DNA of 62,768 nt from an uncultured Leptospiraceae bacterium (GTDB lineage: Bacteria; Spirochaetota; UBA4802; UB4802). Shown in pieces: positions 18,575-28,859 of this stretch. Both the position numbers and the translations under genes were made by a program. The notes beneath the pieces are model-generated. The model did not search any database. It was not told the origin of the DNA and saw only the letters and a list, made by a program, of their open reading frames with translations. Where the stretch lies: assembly GCA_964486725.1 (NCBI GenBank), contig CAZAOK010000008.1:1-62768 (forward strand). The letters are read 5' to 3'. Each line of letters begins with the position of its first letter. Position 1 is the stretch's first letter.

Positions 18575-18882
18575 TCTTTGTACTGTTTTTTAGCAGCTTT
18601 TTCTTTTGCCTTGGCCATTTTTTTTGTCTGTTTCTGCTTTTCTTTTTCAATTTTCGTTTGTGCCTTCAATAATTCTTTCTGGTTATCTGCTGACGAATTA
18701 TCTTCTATATTATCAATTTCTTTTTTCTTACTACTGTTTGCTGTGCGTGAACTTCTCCGTTCCCGTGCCTTGTCGATAATAAAATTGGCAAGTTTCTTGC
18801 CGAACTGGGCAATAAAACCGGTGATAAGAATGGTTATCACCCACTTAAGAATTGTGACAGTATCCTGGTTTAATAATTTCAT
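18571..18882 (-). CDS. Small membrane-anchored basic hypothetical protein
   Basis: One TM (KWVITILITGFIAQFGK) plus a Lys-rich tail; ATGA-coupled to both neighbours. Confidence 0.7.
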   Translation of the reverse strand: MKLLNQDTVTILKWVITILITGFIAQFGKKLANFIIDKARERRSSRTANSSKKKEIDNIEDNSSADNQKELLKAQTKIEKEKQKQTKKMAKAKEKAAKKQYKE

Positions 18883-19406
18883 GGTATGGTACCTTTCAGG
18901 TATTGCCGGGCTTCATGCTTCCTGTTTTTCAGTATGTTATCGGTTGCAATATCATTGCTGAAAAAATATAATCCGCATACCAGGGTCTGAGAATATTCTA
19001 CGGATAAAAGTTTTGTAAAATCATTTACGGCTTCAGACCTGTTACCCAGTTGTATGTTTGCATTTGCCCGGTAATACAGCGCTTCAAAATGTCCAGGGTT
19101 TTCCTCCAGGGCCCTGTTGAAAAAATTAACCGATTCGGAAAATAATCCCTGGTAATAATGGGCTATACCTGCGCCAAACAATATATCATAATCTATGTAA
19201 TCTTTCTGGATAAGGCGTTTGAAATCAAGTAATGCCCATTCATAATTATTCTTTTGTATATGCTCCCACCCGCTAATAATAATTTCGTTGATATCAGGAT
19301 TCTTATAACGGCGCAGGTTTTCGTGGTTCCCGGTGAATTTTAGCTCAGAACTGCTGCATGAGAGCGTGATGAATAAAAACATAACTGGTATAATTTTTAA
19401 TATCAT
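18879..19406 (-). CDS. TPR-containing lipoprotein
   Basis: Lipobox-like TLSC, TPR repeats (ILFGAGIAHYYQG; ALYYRANANIQLG). Confidence 0.75.
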   Translation of the reverse strand: MILKIIPVMFLFITLSCSSSELKFTGNHENLRRYKNPDINEIIISGWEHIQKNNYEWALLDFKRLIQKDYIDYDILFGAGIAHYYQGLFSESVNFFNRALEENPGHFEALYYRANANIQLGNRSEAVNDFTKLLSVEYSQTLVCGLYFFSNDIATDNILKNRKHEARQYLKGTIP

Positions 19407-19419
19407 GTGACAAATCCTT

Positions 19420-20037
19420 TCAGATTTTTATATCGGGCAGTGACGCCAGCAAGTCTGCTATCTTGTGAAGTGCCTGTGCCCTGTGGCTGATGCGATTTTT
19501 TTCAGCAAGAGGGAGTTCAGCCATTGTTTTCCCTTTTTCTTCCAGGTAGAATATGGGGTCATACCCAAAACCGTGAGTTCCCCTGGGCTCACGGGTGATC
19601 AATCCTTCACAAGTTCCAGTGCGTGTATATATCCTGCCATCGGGAAATGCAAGTGCCATCACGCATACGAATCGGCCGGTGCGTTCACTGTCTGGCACGT
19701 GGGACATCTTATTTAACACCAGCTGGTTTCTCATCCCATCATCAAGCCCGGGGCCTCCGTACCTGGCGGAATAGACACCCGGTTCTCTGTTAAGGGCATC
19801 TATTTCCAGACCAGAATCATCCGCAAGGGAGGGAAGGCCGGTATGGTTACAAACAGCCCTTGCTTTAATCGAGGCATTTTCATCAAAAGTGGTGCCGGTT
19901 TCTTCGATGGTCTGAATATCCGGGTAGTCATTCAAAGTTGACACCTTCTGTATCCCAGATGGTTGGAGTACAGGCAGTATTTCCCTGACTTTGTGCTGAT
20001 TTTTTGTTGCTATGACAAGTTTCATAAGTATATTCAT
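19420..20037 (-). CDS. rdgB: Non-canonical purine NTP pyrophosphatase (RdgB/HAM1)
   Basis: ATKNQHK, ADDSGL, PGVYSARY, FGYDPIF, KNRISHR. The start may be 20025. Confidence 0.96.
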   Translation of the reverse strand: MNILMKLVIATKNQHKVREILPVLQPSGIQKVSTLNDYPDIQTIEETGTTFDENASIKARAVCNHTGLPSLADDSGLEIDALNREPGVYSARYGGPGLDDGMRNQLVLNKMSHVPDSERTGRFVCVMALAFPDGRIYTRTGTCEGLITREPRGTHGFGYDPIFYLEEKGKTMAELPLAEKNRISHRAQALHKIADLLASLPDIKI

Positions 20038-20218
20038 TTACAAAAGGATGTAGTTTCTTTGATGATATCACATGTGGAATCAGGGAAGTCAATACAATTA
20101 CGGTATTATGTATAGTGTGAGATGAAAAATATCATAAGAATATGTATTTTTATTGTAGTTTTTATTATTGATGTATACTTCAGGATATGTATAGTAGAGA
20201 TAATGGTTGCAACCTATT

Positions 20219-20896
20219 ATGGAAGACAATAGCCTGAAAAAGGAAAACATCCTGAATGTTGGCGTAGCAGTGGCAGATACGCTTGATGATATGGTTCGTT
20301 CATACCGATTGATGAACAAACATTCCAACAGAAGAAGATTTGTAGTTTCAAGGGAAAACGTGGTCGATGGGCATGGTAACATTATTGTGGAGAAGGCGAA
20401 GGATATTGACATCCCGGTGGTAAAGCAGTTTCAGCGTTCTTTTGACAGAAATACAGAATTTAAAATATTCAGCTCAGATGAGGGAATCGCAATTATTACT
20501 AATACTGAAGCGGAATATGGTAGAGATTTTTCAAAATCACTAATAAACCAGGTGGAGAATATTGGTGGTGGTATTTATAAACCATTTATTGACATTGTGC
20601 AGAGTTTTTATGAATTATTCGCCCTTTTTCAGAAAGGCTTGTCCCCAAAACTTATTATCGTGGGATATATACCAGTTAAGAATATCGGGCAGGAAGTGAA
20701 TATGTACAATGAACTCAAAAGACATGACCCGTATATACGTTATCTTGATGTACTGCACACGGAGCTGAAACCCAGGTCATTTATTAAAGGTGTTCCGCAG
20801 TTTATGCTTGATACAGAAGATGAGAAGGCCTGGCATAAATTCGTTCTTAAGGTTATTCATGAATACACGAAGCCCTATTTTATGGAAGAGATCTGA
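20219..20896 (+). CDS. Hypothetical protein, first gene of the HK-RR-glgC unit
   Basis: 225-aa ORF ending 11 bp before the kinase gene. Confidence 0.7.
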   Translation: MEDNSLKKENILNVGVAVADTLDDMVRSYRLMNKHSNRRRFVVSRENVVDGHGNIIVEKAKDIDIPVVKQFQRSFDRNTEFKIFSSDEGIAIITNTEAEYGRDFSKSLINQVENIGGGIYKPFIDIVQSFYELFALFQKGLSPKLIIVGYIPVKNIGQEVNMYNELKRHDPYIRYLDVLHTELKPRSFIKGVPQFMLDTEDEKAWHKFVLKVIHEYTKPYFMEEI

Positions 20897-20907
20897 ATAA
20901 AGTAAAA

Positions 20908-22956
20908 ATGAAACGTAATATACAGATACAGTTGCTCATGTATATCCCGGATCTGCTGCTGCTTGCGCTAGCGGTGATAGCCTTTGTGGGAATGTTTAAT
21001 CAACAGATGAAGGTATTGTTTATTGTTATGGGCCTTCTGATCGTATTGATGATTGTTCGGACGATACTGATAAATACCCTGATTAGAAAACTGTACACAT
21101 CAAGAATAATTGATATCCGGACATTAATTAATGCGTTCAAGAAGGGAAGGTACAAGCTGAGGGCAGATCAGCCAAGGGGGGATGATGCACTTGCCGACAT
21201 ACACCGTGATCTAGTCATAGTGGGTACGCATTTTGATAACATCATATCATCCCAACAGGGAGAGATTGAGAAGCTTCGTGAATTATACGATAGTATTGTG
21301 TTGTCACTCAATTCATATTTTCTTGTGCTGAATGAAAGGGAGGAAATCGTTTTCGCGAATGAAGTGTTCTGCAAAAAATTCCAGATGAGTTTGGGGTACA
21401 TAGCAGGAAAAAAAATTGATGACATCTTTTATTTCGTTACGGGCAGGATTAAAGAATCAATTCAACAGGTAAAAAGAGATGGAAGCTCGGTAGTGCTTGA
21501 GAAAACACATCTTCTTTCGAATGAGCGAATATCAATAATTGCCGATATCAAAATTTCTTACATTACAGTAAAAGGCGAGAACCAGATTGTTCTTGTAATG
21601 GATGACATAACCAACAGGTGCCGAAAAGATTACCAAATTTCCCTGATAAGCCAGATATCCGAGTCTATTCAGCATGATGACAGGCTTGACCATGTACTGC
21701 ACACCATTCTAACGGGGGTAACCTCGGGTACCGGGCTGGGTTTTAACAGGGCCATGCTTTTTTTAAAGGATGAGAAGAGACACATGTTGTCAGGTAGAAT
21801 GGCAGTAGGTCCGGATACCATAGAAGAAGCAATAAAAATATGGAATTCTGTGGCGACTGGAAGAGATGAGAACAATAAAGCGGCTGTGAAAGATACCACC
21901 GAGGGGAAGGGAAAGGAGCTTCTCAAGAAAGTTCAGACATCGAGTTTTGATCTTAAAGAAGACAATCTTCTTGTACGTGTGTTGAATACCGCAACAAGCA
22001 TACACATTCATGACGCTTCCAGCGATAACCGGGTGGATGATGAAATTAAGAGATTCATGGATGTAAATGAATTTGTAATTGTACCGCTGGTTGCCGGAAA
22101 CAAAACGATTGGTGTTATCATAGCGGATAATAAATACAACCAGATCCCAATCGGGGTAGACAGTGTTGATCTTCTTTCAATATTTGCCTACCAGGCCGCA
22201 CTTTCAATTGAAAGCTATAATAACCTTGAAATGGTACAGGATGAGATGGACAAGATACAGTACCGGCAGGAGGCCATTGTGGAATCTGAAAAGCTGGCAG
22301 CTGTTGGACGAATCGCGTCTCATATTGCCCATGAGATCAGAAATCCACTTGTTACCATGGGTGGGTATGCAAGGCGGATAATGCAGCAAACAGATTCTGA
22401 TATTCCAAGGGGTGCACAGGTTCACAAGGCGGCAAATGTTATAATAAACGAGGCAGACAGGCTTGAAAAAATTCTGTCAAATGTTATGGATTTTACAAGG
22501 CCGTCGCCATTCATTCTTAAATTTAATAACATTAACGAAGTTATTGAGGACACGGTTAATCTTCTTCGAAACCTTTTCCAGGAACAAAGGGTTGAAATTG
22601 ACCTGCAACTGGGTGATAATATACCACTGATCAAGTCTGATTTTAACCAGATGAAACAGGTTATGCTTAACCTTTTACAGAATTCTATTGACGCAACCGC
22701 ATCTCATGGTAAGATTTATGTGTTAACGTTAATGAGAAACAGAAGGGTTGTCGTAATTGTTCGGGATACGGGGCCTGGTTTCGAACCAGATGATATAGAA
22801 AAAGTGTTTGATCCATTTTTCAGTACAAAGGTGACAGGTGTTGGTCTTGGCCTGGCAATCGTAAAAAAAATCATCATGGATCATGGTGGAGAAATTACTG
22901 TAATGAACTGGGATAAGGGTGCCGAGGTGCGAATTTCACTTCCATTGCCCGGATGA
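20908..22956 (+). CDS. Membrane sensor histidine kinase (2 TM, PAS, GAF, HisKA, HATPase)
   Basis: H-box AHEIRNPL, N-box QVMLNLLQNS, DTGPG, FDPFFSTK, GLGLAIV. GAF segment GLGFNRAMLFL. Confidence 0.95.
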   Translation: MKRNIQIQLLMYIPDLLLLALAVIAFVGMFNQQMKVLFIVMGLLIVLMIVRTILINTLIRKLYTSRIIDIRTLINAFKKGRYKLRADQPRGDDALADIHRDLVIVGTHFDNIISSQQGEIEKLRELYDSIVLSLNSYFLVLNEREEIVFANEVFCKKFQMSLGYIAGKKIDDIFYFVTGRIKESIQQVKRDGSSVVLEKTHLLSNERISIIADIKISYITVKGENQIVLVMDDITNRCRKDYQISLISQISESIQHDDRLDHVLHTILTGVTSGTGLGFNRAMLFLKDEKRHMLSGRMAVGPDTIEEAIKIWNSVATGRDENNKAAVKDTTEGKGKELLKKVQTSSFDLKEDNLLVRVLNTATSIHIHDASSDNRVDDEIKRFMDVNEFVIVPLVAGNKTIGVIIADNKYNQIPIGVDSVDLLSIFAYQAALSIESYNNLEMVQDEMDKIQYRQEAIVESEKLAAVGRIASHIAHEIRNPLVTMGGYARRIMQQTDSDIPRGAQVHKAANVIINEADRLEKILSNVMDFTRPSPFILKFNNINEVIEDTVNLLRNLFQEQRVEIDLQLGDNIPLIKSDFNQMKQVMLNLLQNSIDATASHGKIYVLTLMRNRRVVVIVRDTGPGFEPDDIEKVFDPFFSTKVTGVGLGLAIVKKIIMDHGGEITVMNWDKGAEVRISLPLPG

Positions 22957-23034
22957 TTTGAAAAGTATGTAAAATGTATTTGAAATTAACAGTGTATTAG
23001 TTGTATACTTTATTTATGATCAATGGAGGTGGCA

Positions 23035-23397
23035 ATGAGTAAAATCCTTATAGTTGAAGACGAGCAACATCAGCGCGAACTGTATGCAATGGAATTACAG
23101 GAAGAGGGTTATGAGGTAGATCAGGCTTCGAATGGAAAGGAAGCAGTAGACCTGGTAAAAGAAAATAAATATGACCTGGTTATACTTGATATACGGATGC
23201 CTGAAATGGATGGCATAGAAGCTCTTGGTAAAATCCTTTCCCGGGATAAGAAAATACCAATTATAATTTATACGGCATACTCAAACTATAAAAGTAATTT
23301 CATGACATGGACAGCTGATGCATATATTACAAAATCATCAAACCTTGACGAGTTAAAAGAAAAAATTAGTGAATTATTGTCAACACGCAATCCGTAA
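23035..23397 (+). CDS. Single-domain response regulator (receiver)
   Basis: KILIVEDE, LDIRMPEMDG, TAY, YITKS; SD ggagg. Confidence 0.95.
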   Translation: MSKILIVEDEQHQRELYAMELQEEGYEVDQASNGKEAVDLVKENKYDLVILDIRMPEMDGIEALGKILSRDKKIPIIIYTAYSNYKSNFMTWTADAYITKSSNLDELKEKISELLSTRNP

Positions 23398-24614
23398 TGG
23401 GTGATGATTTTCTCAAAAAGACCCTGGTATTCGTGCTGGCAGGTGGGCAGGGAGAGCGGTTATATCCATTAACGAAGGATCGCTCCAAGCCCGCTGTGCA
23501 CTTTGGCGGGATATACAGGATTATTGATTTTTCGCTGAGTAATTGCCTCAATTCTGACTTGCGACGCATTATAGTACTGACCCAGTATAAATCGTTATCC
23601 CTTGATCGTCATATAAAAACCGCATGGAATCTCTACAGGCGTGAGTCGGGGCATTTTATCGATGTAGTCCCCCCACAGCAGCGTTTTGATGCGAACTGGT
23701 ATCTTGGCACAGCCGATGCAATATTCCAAAATATTTACATAATTGAACATGAGAAACCTGAGTATATCGTAGTTCTTTCAGGGGATCATGTGTATAAAAT
23801 GGATTATAAAAAGCTTATTGAATATCACATCAATAAAGGTGCGGATATGACAATAGCAGCAATCGAGACACCTGTAGCAGAAGCGAAACGGTTTGGAGTT
23901 TTACAGACGAATGCTGATTTACAGGTGACAGGATTTCAGGAAAAACCAGGTGAGCCGGCAGCTGTGACGGGAAAAGATGATACTTCTTATGTATCAATGG
24001 GGATTTACGTATTTACTACCAGAAAACTTGTGCAATATCTTTCCGAGGACCATAAAATGGACAGTAGCAGGGATTTCGGAAAGGATATCATACCCAGGGT
24101 ATATGCTGATGAAAAAGTATATGCATATGATTATGTGAATAATGAAAAATCACATCCTTACTGGAAGGATATTGGAACCATATCCTCGTATTTTGAAACA
24201 CACCATGATCTTGTAGCGATTTCGCCGGAGTTGAACCTCTATGATAAGGAATGGCCAATACGTACATACATGGAACAATGGCCCCCGGCTAAAATGGTGT
24301 TTAACCAGGAGGGGCGGAGAGGCTTAGCTTTGAATTCCATTATATCAAATGGGGCTATCATTAGTGGCAGCATGGTGGAAGATTCAGTCATATCACCAGG
24401 AGTGAAAGTAAACAGTTATTCTGAGATAAGAAAATCTATTATTCTGCATGGATGCAGAATAGGAAGACATACACGAATACAAAATGCAATTATTGATAAG
24501 TATAATATTATATCAGAAAATGAAGAAATTGGTTTTGACCTTGAAAAAGATCGGCAGCGATTTACTGTTACACCAGAAGGAATAGTAGTTGTGCCTAAAG
24601 GATTGCTTCAATAA
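23397..24614 (+). CDS. glgC: Glucose-1-phosphate adenylyltransferase
   Basis: LAGGQGERLYPLTKDRSKPAV, WYLGTADA, SGDHVYKMDY, DFGKDIIP. Confidence 0.97.
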   Translation: MGDDFLKKTLVFVLAGGQGERLYPLTKDRSKPAVHFGGIYRIIDFSLSNCLNSDLRRIIVLTQYKSLSLDRHIKTAWNLYRRESGHFIDVVPPQQRFDANWYLGTADAIFQNIYIIEHEKPEYIVVLSGDHVYKMDYKKLIEYHINKGADMTIAAIETPVAEAKRFGVLQTNADLQVTGFQEKPGEPAAVTGKDDTSYVSMGIYVFTTRKLVQYLSEDHKMDSSRDFGKDIIPRVYADEKVYAYDYVNNEKSHPYWKDIGTISSYFETHHDLVAISPELNLYDKEWPIRTYMEQWPPAKMVFNQEGRRGLALNSIISNGAIISGSMVEDSVISPGVKVNSYSEIRKSIILHGCRIGRHTRIQNAIIDKYNIISENEEIGFDLEKDRQRFTVTPEGIVVVPKGLLQ

Positions 24615-24624
24615 GTGAAGTTTA

Positions 24625-25035
24625 TTATTTTTCATCATTGTGTTCTTCTTTGGCCTTTTGTTTTAATATACCTTCTTGAATCAGGTGATAGTGTACAGGG
24701 GAGTGAATAACCATGGTGGTGAAAATATATTCATCCTTGTTCTTCATCATGACATTCACATGTGATACAAGATCCTTGATCTCAAAATCAGACCTGCCAA
24801 GTTTTCTGTTAAGATCATTTATGACAAGTTCCTGCATAAACTGGTAATGAGAATTGACAAATTCAAGGGCTATCTCTTTCTCGGGAGTGTCACTTTTGTA
24901 TTTATTCATCGCCACGGTAATGTTATCAGAAGAAAGAAGGGATACCGCTTCTTCAGCTACAAGAATTCGATTGGGTTCTTTACTTGAAGCCGCTTCGTTG
25001 CTGGGAGGAGTGTTGTTTTGTTCTTCTGGCATCAC
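24625..25035 (-). CDS. Hypothetical protein
   Basis: 136-aa ORF filling the intergenic space; no recognised motif. Confidence 0.65.
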   Translation of the reverse strand: MMPEEQNNTPPSNEAASSKEPNRILVAEEAVSLLSSDNITVAMNKYKSDTPEKEIALEFVNSHYQFMQELVINDLNRKLGRSDFEIKDLVSHVNVMMKNKDEYIFTTMVIHSPVHYHLIQEGILKQKAKEEHNDEK

Positions 25036-25109
25036 GAAAAACCATTTTATATTTTATTTAAGATAAGTTTGCAGTATGCTAATGTTGCATCTGTTTGATG
25101 TCAATCAAT

Positions 25110-25142
25110 AAAAAAGAGGGTATGCTGGATACCCTCTTTTTT
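25110..25142. terminator. Bidirectional rho-independent terminator
   Basis: aaaaaagagggtat-gctgg-ataccctcttttt. Confidence 0.8.
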
Positions 25143-25167
25143 GCTGATTATAGCCGATATACGGTTA

Positions 25168-25365
25168 TTATTCAGCAGCTTTTTCTTTTGCTTCTTCTTT
25201 TGCTTCTTCTTTTGATTCTTCATCAGAATCATCTGCTTCATCTGCCTGCTCTTCTACTTTAGCATCTTCAGGAGCCTTGGCTTCCTGCTTGCAGCCTGAT
25301 AAGGTAAAACTTACTGTAAAAGCAAAAATTGCAGCAAAGATCAGCATAAGAATATTTCTCTTCAT
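25168..25365 (-). CDS. Small acidic lipoprotein
   Basis: MKRN + hydrophobic stretch + LSGC lipobox; acidic tail; SD gagggg. Confidence 0.75.
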   Translation of the reverse strand: MKRNILMLIFAAIFAFTVSFTLSGCKQEAKAPEDAKVEEQADEADDSDEESKEEAKEEAKEKAAE

Positions 25366-25462
25366 ACGATGTAACCCCTCTTTTTTTAAAGTTTTTTTAA
25401 ATAGAACATCATTTAAATAAAAAATCAAGCATTAATTTAAAAAAATTTTATGTTACCATATA

Positions 25463-25846
25463 TCATTCCGGGATATACGTACACCTTGATGTACCTGATT
25501 CCCATACAGTTACCGCTCGAACATGTATATTTTCTCCAAAATTACCTTCAGATATTCTTTTCTGAACAGCAGTTGAGATGTGATGTGCTATATTTTCTGA
25601 GCTGGGGTTTATTTTGGAAAATAATTCTGTTTCATTGAGATTTCCATGATCAAGATCAGCCAGTACTGATTTTAAGATATCCTTAAGATCATGAAAATCA
25701 ATTAATAGCCCTATATCATTAAGCACGTGTCCGGCCACTTCCAGTTCAATTTTCCAGTTATGTCCGTGAAGATTCTCGCATTTCCCCATATAGCCGTGCA
25801 ACTGATGTGCCGCAGCAAAAGAATCCTCAACAGTTAGAATATACAT
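25463..25846 (-). CDS. queD: 6-carboxy-5,6,7,8-tetrahydropterin synthase
   Basis: FAAAHQL, CENLHGHNW, IDFHDLK, NPSSEN, VWES. Confidence 0.95.
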   Translation of the reverse strand: MYILTVEDSFAAAHQLHGYMGKCENLHGHNWKIELEVAGHVLNDIGLLIDFHDLKDILKSVLADLDHGNLNETELFSKINPSSENIAHHISTAVQKRISEGNFGENIHVRAVTVWESGTSRCTYIPE

Positions 25847-25864
25847 ATCTTACCTCTTATATCA

Positions 25865-26911
25865 TTATACAAACATTGATAATGCCCTGGCAACTTTTTC
25901 TATTTCCTTTCGTGTTAATGTTGGATAAATGGGAAGTGAGAAGAGCTTTTTGGAAAACCTGTCACTCCTGGGGTAATCAAGGCCTCTCAATTTACAGTAA
26001 TCGTGCAGCGCGGGTTGCACCGGCCTGAAAATCTGAATATTCTGTTGTTTCCAGAATTTCTCGATCTTTTCGGGAATAGAATCAAAGAGTATGGGGAATG
26101 ACTGGTATGTGAAATCATCATTAAAACTGTAAATGCCCTGGTGAGGTGTTTTTTGAAGAGCATCATAATATATTTTTGCAATATCCTTTCTTCTTTTAAT
26201 GAAATTTTTTATTTTCAATACCTGGCTAATCCCCATTGCTCCTTGAAGGTCTGTCATGGCATAATCAAAACCGGGAATGGCTGCTGAGGGCGCGCCGTTG
26301 CGATAATCCCTTATCTGTGAATAATAGCGTGAATTACCAGTGAAAACCATACCGCCATTACCGGTAGTGATCATCATTTCCGGTGAGAAGGAGGAAATGA
26401 GAATAGACCCCTTGAAAATGTTGACGTACTCCCCTGGATCTTTGCCAAAAATATGTGATATGTCTTCAATTAAAGGAATATTTAACTGTAAAAAATGTTC
26501 CATATCAAGGGGGAACCCGAAAAGATGCCCTACTACAACAGCCCGGGTGCGTTCGGATATCAGCTCACGAATCTGTTCGGCAGATGGTGAAAATGACCCT
26601 TCGTCAATATCCACGAGAACAGGTTTGGCTCCGCATAATTGCGATGCACTCAAGGGTGCCGAATTAAAAAATGATGGAATGATTACCTCATCACCGGGTG
26701 ATATATCTAGAGCTTTGAAAGCAAGATGATACGCAGCGGTGTGCGAGCTGGTGGCAAGGCAGAATTTCATACCAGTCAATTGCCCACAATGTGCTTCAAG
26801 TTTTTTTACAGTTGTACCTGTTGTCAATTCATCCTGAATCATACAGTCAAGTACACCTTCCAGCTCTTTCCTGGTAATGGTTGGTTTGCTTTCCACAATT
26901 CCCATTTTCAT
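25865..26911 (-). CDS. DegT/DnrJ/EryC1/StrS family aminotransferase-like protein (catalytic Lys apparently absent)
   Basis: GDEVIIPS, PVLVDID, HLFG, IED, ITTGNGGMV, LSLPIYP-like C-terminus. Confidence 0.88.
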   Translation of the reverse strand: MKMGIVESKPTITRKELEGVLDCMIQDELTTGTTVKKLEAHCGQLTGMKFCLATSSHTAAYHLAFKALDISPGDEVIIPSFFNSAPLSASQLCGAKPVLVDIDEGSFSPSAEQIRELISERTRAVVVGHLFGFPLDMEHFLQLNIPLIEDISHIFGKDPGEYVNIFKGSILISSFSPEMMITTGNGGMVFTGNSRYYSQIRDYRNGAPSAAIPGFDYAMTDLQGAMGISQVLKIKNFIKRRKDIAKIYYDALQKTPHQGIYSFNDDFTYQSFPILFDSIPEKIEKFWKQQNIQIFRPVQPALHDYCKLRGLDYPRSDRFSKKLFSLPIYPTLTRKEIEKVARALSMFV

Positions 26912-27164
26912 AATCTCCGCTCTTTAATAGAAAGCAACTATCGTGAGTATCATTTGGAAGGTCAAGCATGATTTGTACGTGAAAACCAGTTGTGAAAATA
27001 TAAACGATGGCATAAGGATCTAAAGATTTGGAGATGGAATTACATGCTTCAGTTGATATACATAAATAATCGCCTAAATTAATGTGTAGTAGAGTTTTTC
27101 ATGTAAAGAGATGCACTGGATTATCCGATATGTCAAGTAGCAAGGAATAGTGGAGGTATATCTT

Positions 27165-28184
27165 ATGAGTTCTGGTTCAAAGTTGAAAAGTGGGGTTCTT
27201 GCAGGAGCGGTCGTATGTGCATTCTTGCTGAGTTCCTGTGCGCCTAATGGTGCAATGACCCGAAAGGATGATACCGGTGCCGATCGGTTTCAGTATGATT
27301 CCGGGGAAGAAGAATTTATATATAATGATGATCATGAAAGTACTGCCCGCGGCAGAGATGACAATGTATATGATAGAAGACAGGTTCGCTCAGAAGGGCG
27401 TCAGTACAGGGAAAGGTCTGAACCTCAACGATATGATGAAGTCAGGGGATACAACAGGTCAAGCGACCGGATGAATGCAGATGGATATGATAGCGTGGAT
27501 GATGAAAAGTTCTTTTCGCAAGACCCCCGTATTCAAAGTGACATACCTGAAAAGCGGAACAGCTATTATCAGAAAGGAAACGCAAGTTGGTATGGACGGG
27601 AGTTTCATGGAAGACTTACCGCTTCGGGTGAACGATTTGACATGAAGGAGTTTACAGCAGCACACAGGTCTCTGCCATTTGGTACCGTGGTGCTGGTAGA
27701 AAATCTCGATAATGGGCGAAAAGTTAAAGTAAAAATAAACGACAGGGGACCTTTTAAGAAGGATCGAATACTGGATGTATCGCATGCTGCTGCTGGGGAA
27801 CTTGATATGCTCAAAACTGGTGAAGCTATGGTGGGGATAACGGTTCTTGGAAAAAAAGATACACGTGATAATCTTGAACAACGCAGGAGACCGGATGAAG
27901 TAGAGCCTGTTTTCGGGCAGGACAGTTATAACGCTTCAGAACACATGGATGATGCCAGTAGCCCATACCAGTTACAGGTTGGCGCATTCTATTCACAGGT
28001 AAATGCCGATAAACTACGGGATGAAGTATCTTCAATGTTCAATAAACCGGTTATCGTTGTTAAAGAAGGGTACCTGTATAAGGTTCGCATCACCAATCTG
28101 AAATCAAGATACGAGGCTGAAGACTTCAAAAGCGATTTACAGGCGCGTGACATACCATCTTATCTCGTTGAGGAAAGAAGATAA
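27165..28184 (+). CDS. rlpA: Septal ring lytic transglycosylase RlpA family lipoprotein (DPBB + SPOR)
   Basis: LSSC lipobox, GNASWYGREFHGRLTASGE, TAAHRSLPFG, INDRGPF, SPOR YQLQVGAF. Confidence 0.93.
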   Translation: MSSGSKLKSGVLAGAVVCAFLLSSCAPNGAMTRKDDTGADRFQYDSGEEEFIYNDDHESTARGRDDNVYDRRQVRSEGRQYRERSEPQRYDEVRGYNRSSDRMNADGYDSVDDEKFFSQDPRIQSDIPEKRNSYYQKGNASWYGREFHGRLTASGERFDMKEFTAAHRSLPFGTVVLVENLDNGRKVKVKINDRGPFKKDRILDVSHAAAGELDMLKTGEAMVGITVLGKKDTRDNLEQRRRPDEVEPVFGQDSYNASEHMDDASSPYQLQVGAFYSQVNADKLRDEVSSMFNKPVIVVKEGYLYKVRITNLKSRYEAEDFKSDLQARDIPSYLVEERR

Positions 28185-28381
28185 AACTAAAAAACAAGAG
28201 ATATACTTCACTATTACGCATTATTTTATTGAAAAAGCGTTTAATTGTTGTATTCTTACTATAAAGCATCTCAATAGCGGGATGCTTTATTATATGGTCG
28301 GGGCCCGTTATTGGCAGATGGTGGCTGGAAATGTTTTTTTGACGAAGGTCAGTCAGAAAATGTACTGCTGGTAAAAAAAAG

Positions 28382-28410
28382 TTGACAAAAAAAGACCATG
28401 TTTTGATACT
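28382..28410 (+). promoter_or_regulatory. sigma70 promoter for tRNA-Thr
   Basis: TTGACA N17 GATACT, 13 bp before the tRNA. Confidence 0.7.
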
Positions 28411-28423
28411 ACATCGTCCTGAT

Positions 28424-28496
28424 GCCCACGTAGCTCAGTCGGTAGAGCATTTGCATGGTAAGCAAAAGGTCACCAGTTCGATTCTGGTCGTGGGCT
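28424..28496 (+). tRNA. tRNA-Thr(GGT)
   Basis: Acceptor gcccacg/cgtgggc, anticodon arm tttgc-atGGTaa-gcaaa, T-loop gttcgatt. CCA is not encoded. Confidence 0.95.
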
Positions 28497-28689
28497 CACT
28501 GTGTAACATATCTGTGAATACGTTGTGACTTAGCGAGGGCATGCCGGCTTGCTCAGGTACGGCACGTCATTTTACATTTCATGCAGAATAAAATACTTGA
28601 CGAAAAGTGTCCCCGTATTAGCGTGCTCTAGCCTGAGCGGTTGATCACGGTATCATTTTTAAAAATATGACTGATCCAGGATGTAAGCC

Positions 28690-28842
28690 ATGCGTGATAT
28701 AATATTGCTGCAATGCAAGGAATGCAAAGAAAAGAATTACGTAACGAAAAAGAACAAGAAGAACCAGACCGGGAAACTTGAGATGAAGAAGTATTGCAAG
28801 AGATGCAATACGCATACAATGCATAAAGAAACGAAGGCATAA
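28690..28842 (+). CDS. rpmG: 50S ribosomal protein L33 (Zn-ribbon form; absent from the ORF track)
   Basis: [50 protein letters not shown]. Confidence 0.95.
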   Translation: MRDIILLQCKECKEKNYVTKKNKKNQTGKLEMKKYCKRCNTHTMHKETKA

Positions 28843-28859
28843 GGTTCGGGGTATACGTT

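Noticed and set aside
25168-25260. Repeats ttttgcttcttc as a DNA repeat element
   Set aside because: They reflect the EEAK low-complexity tail of the small lipoprotein.
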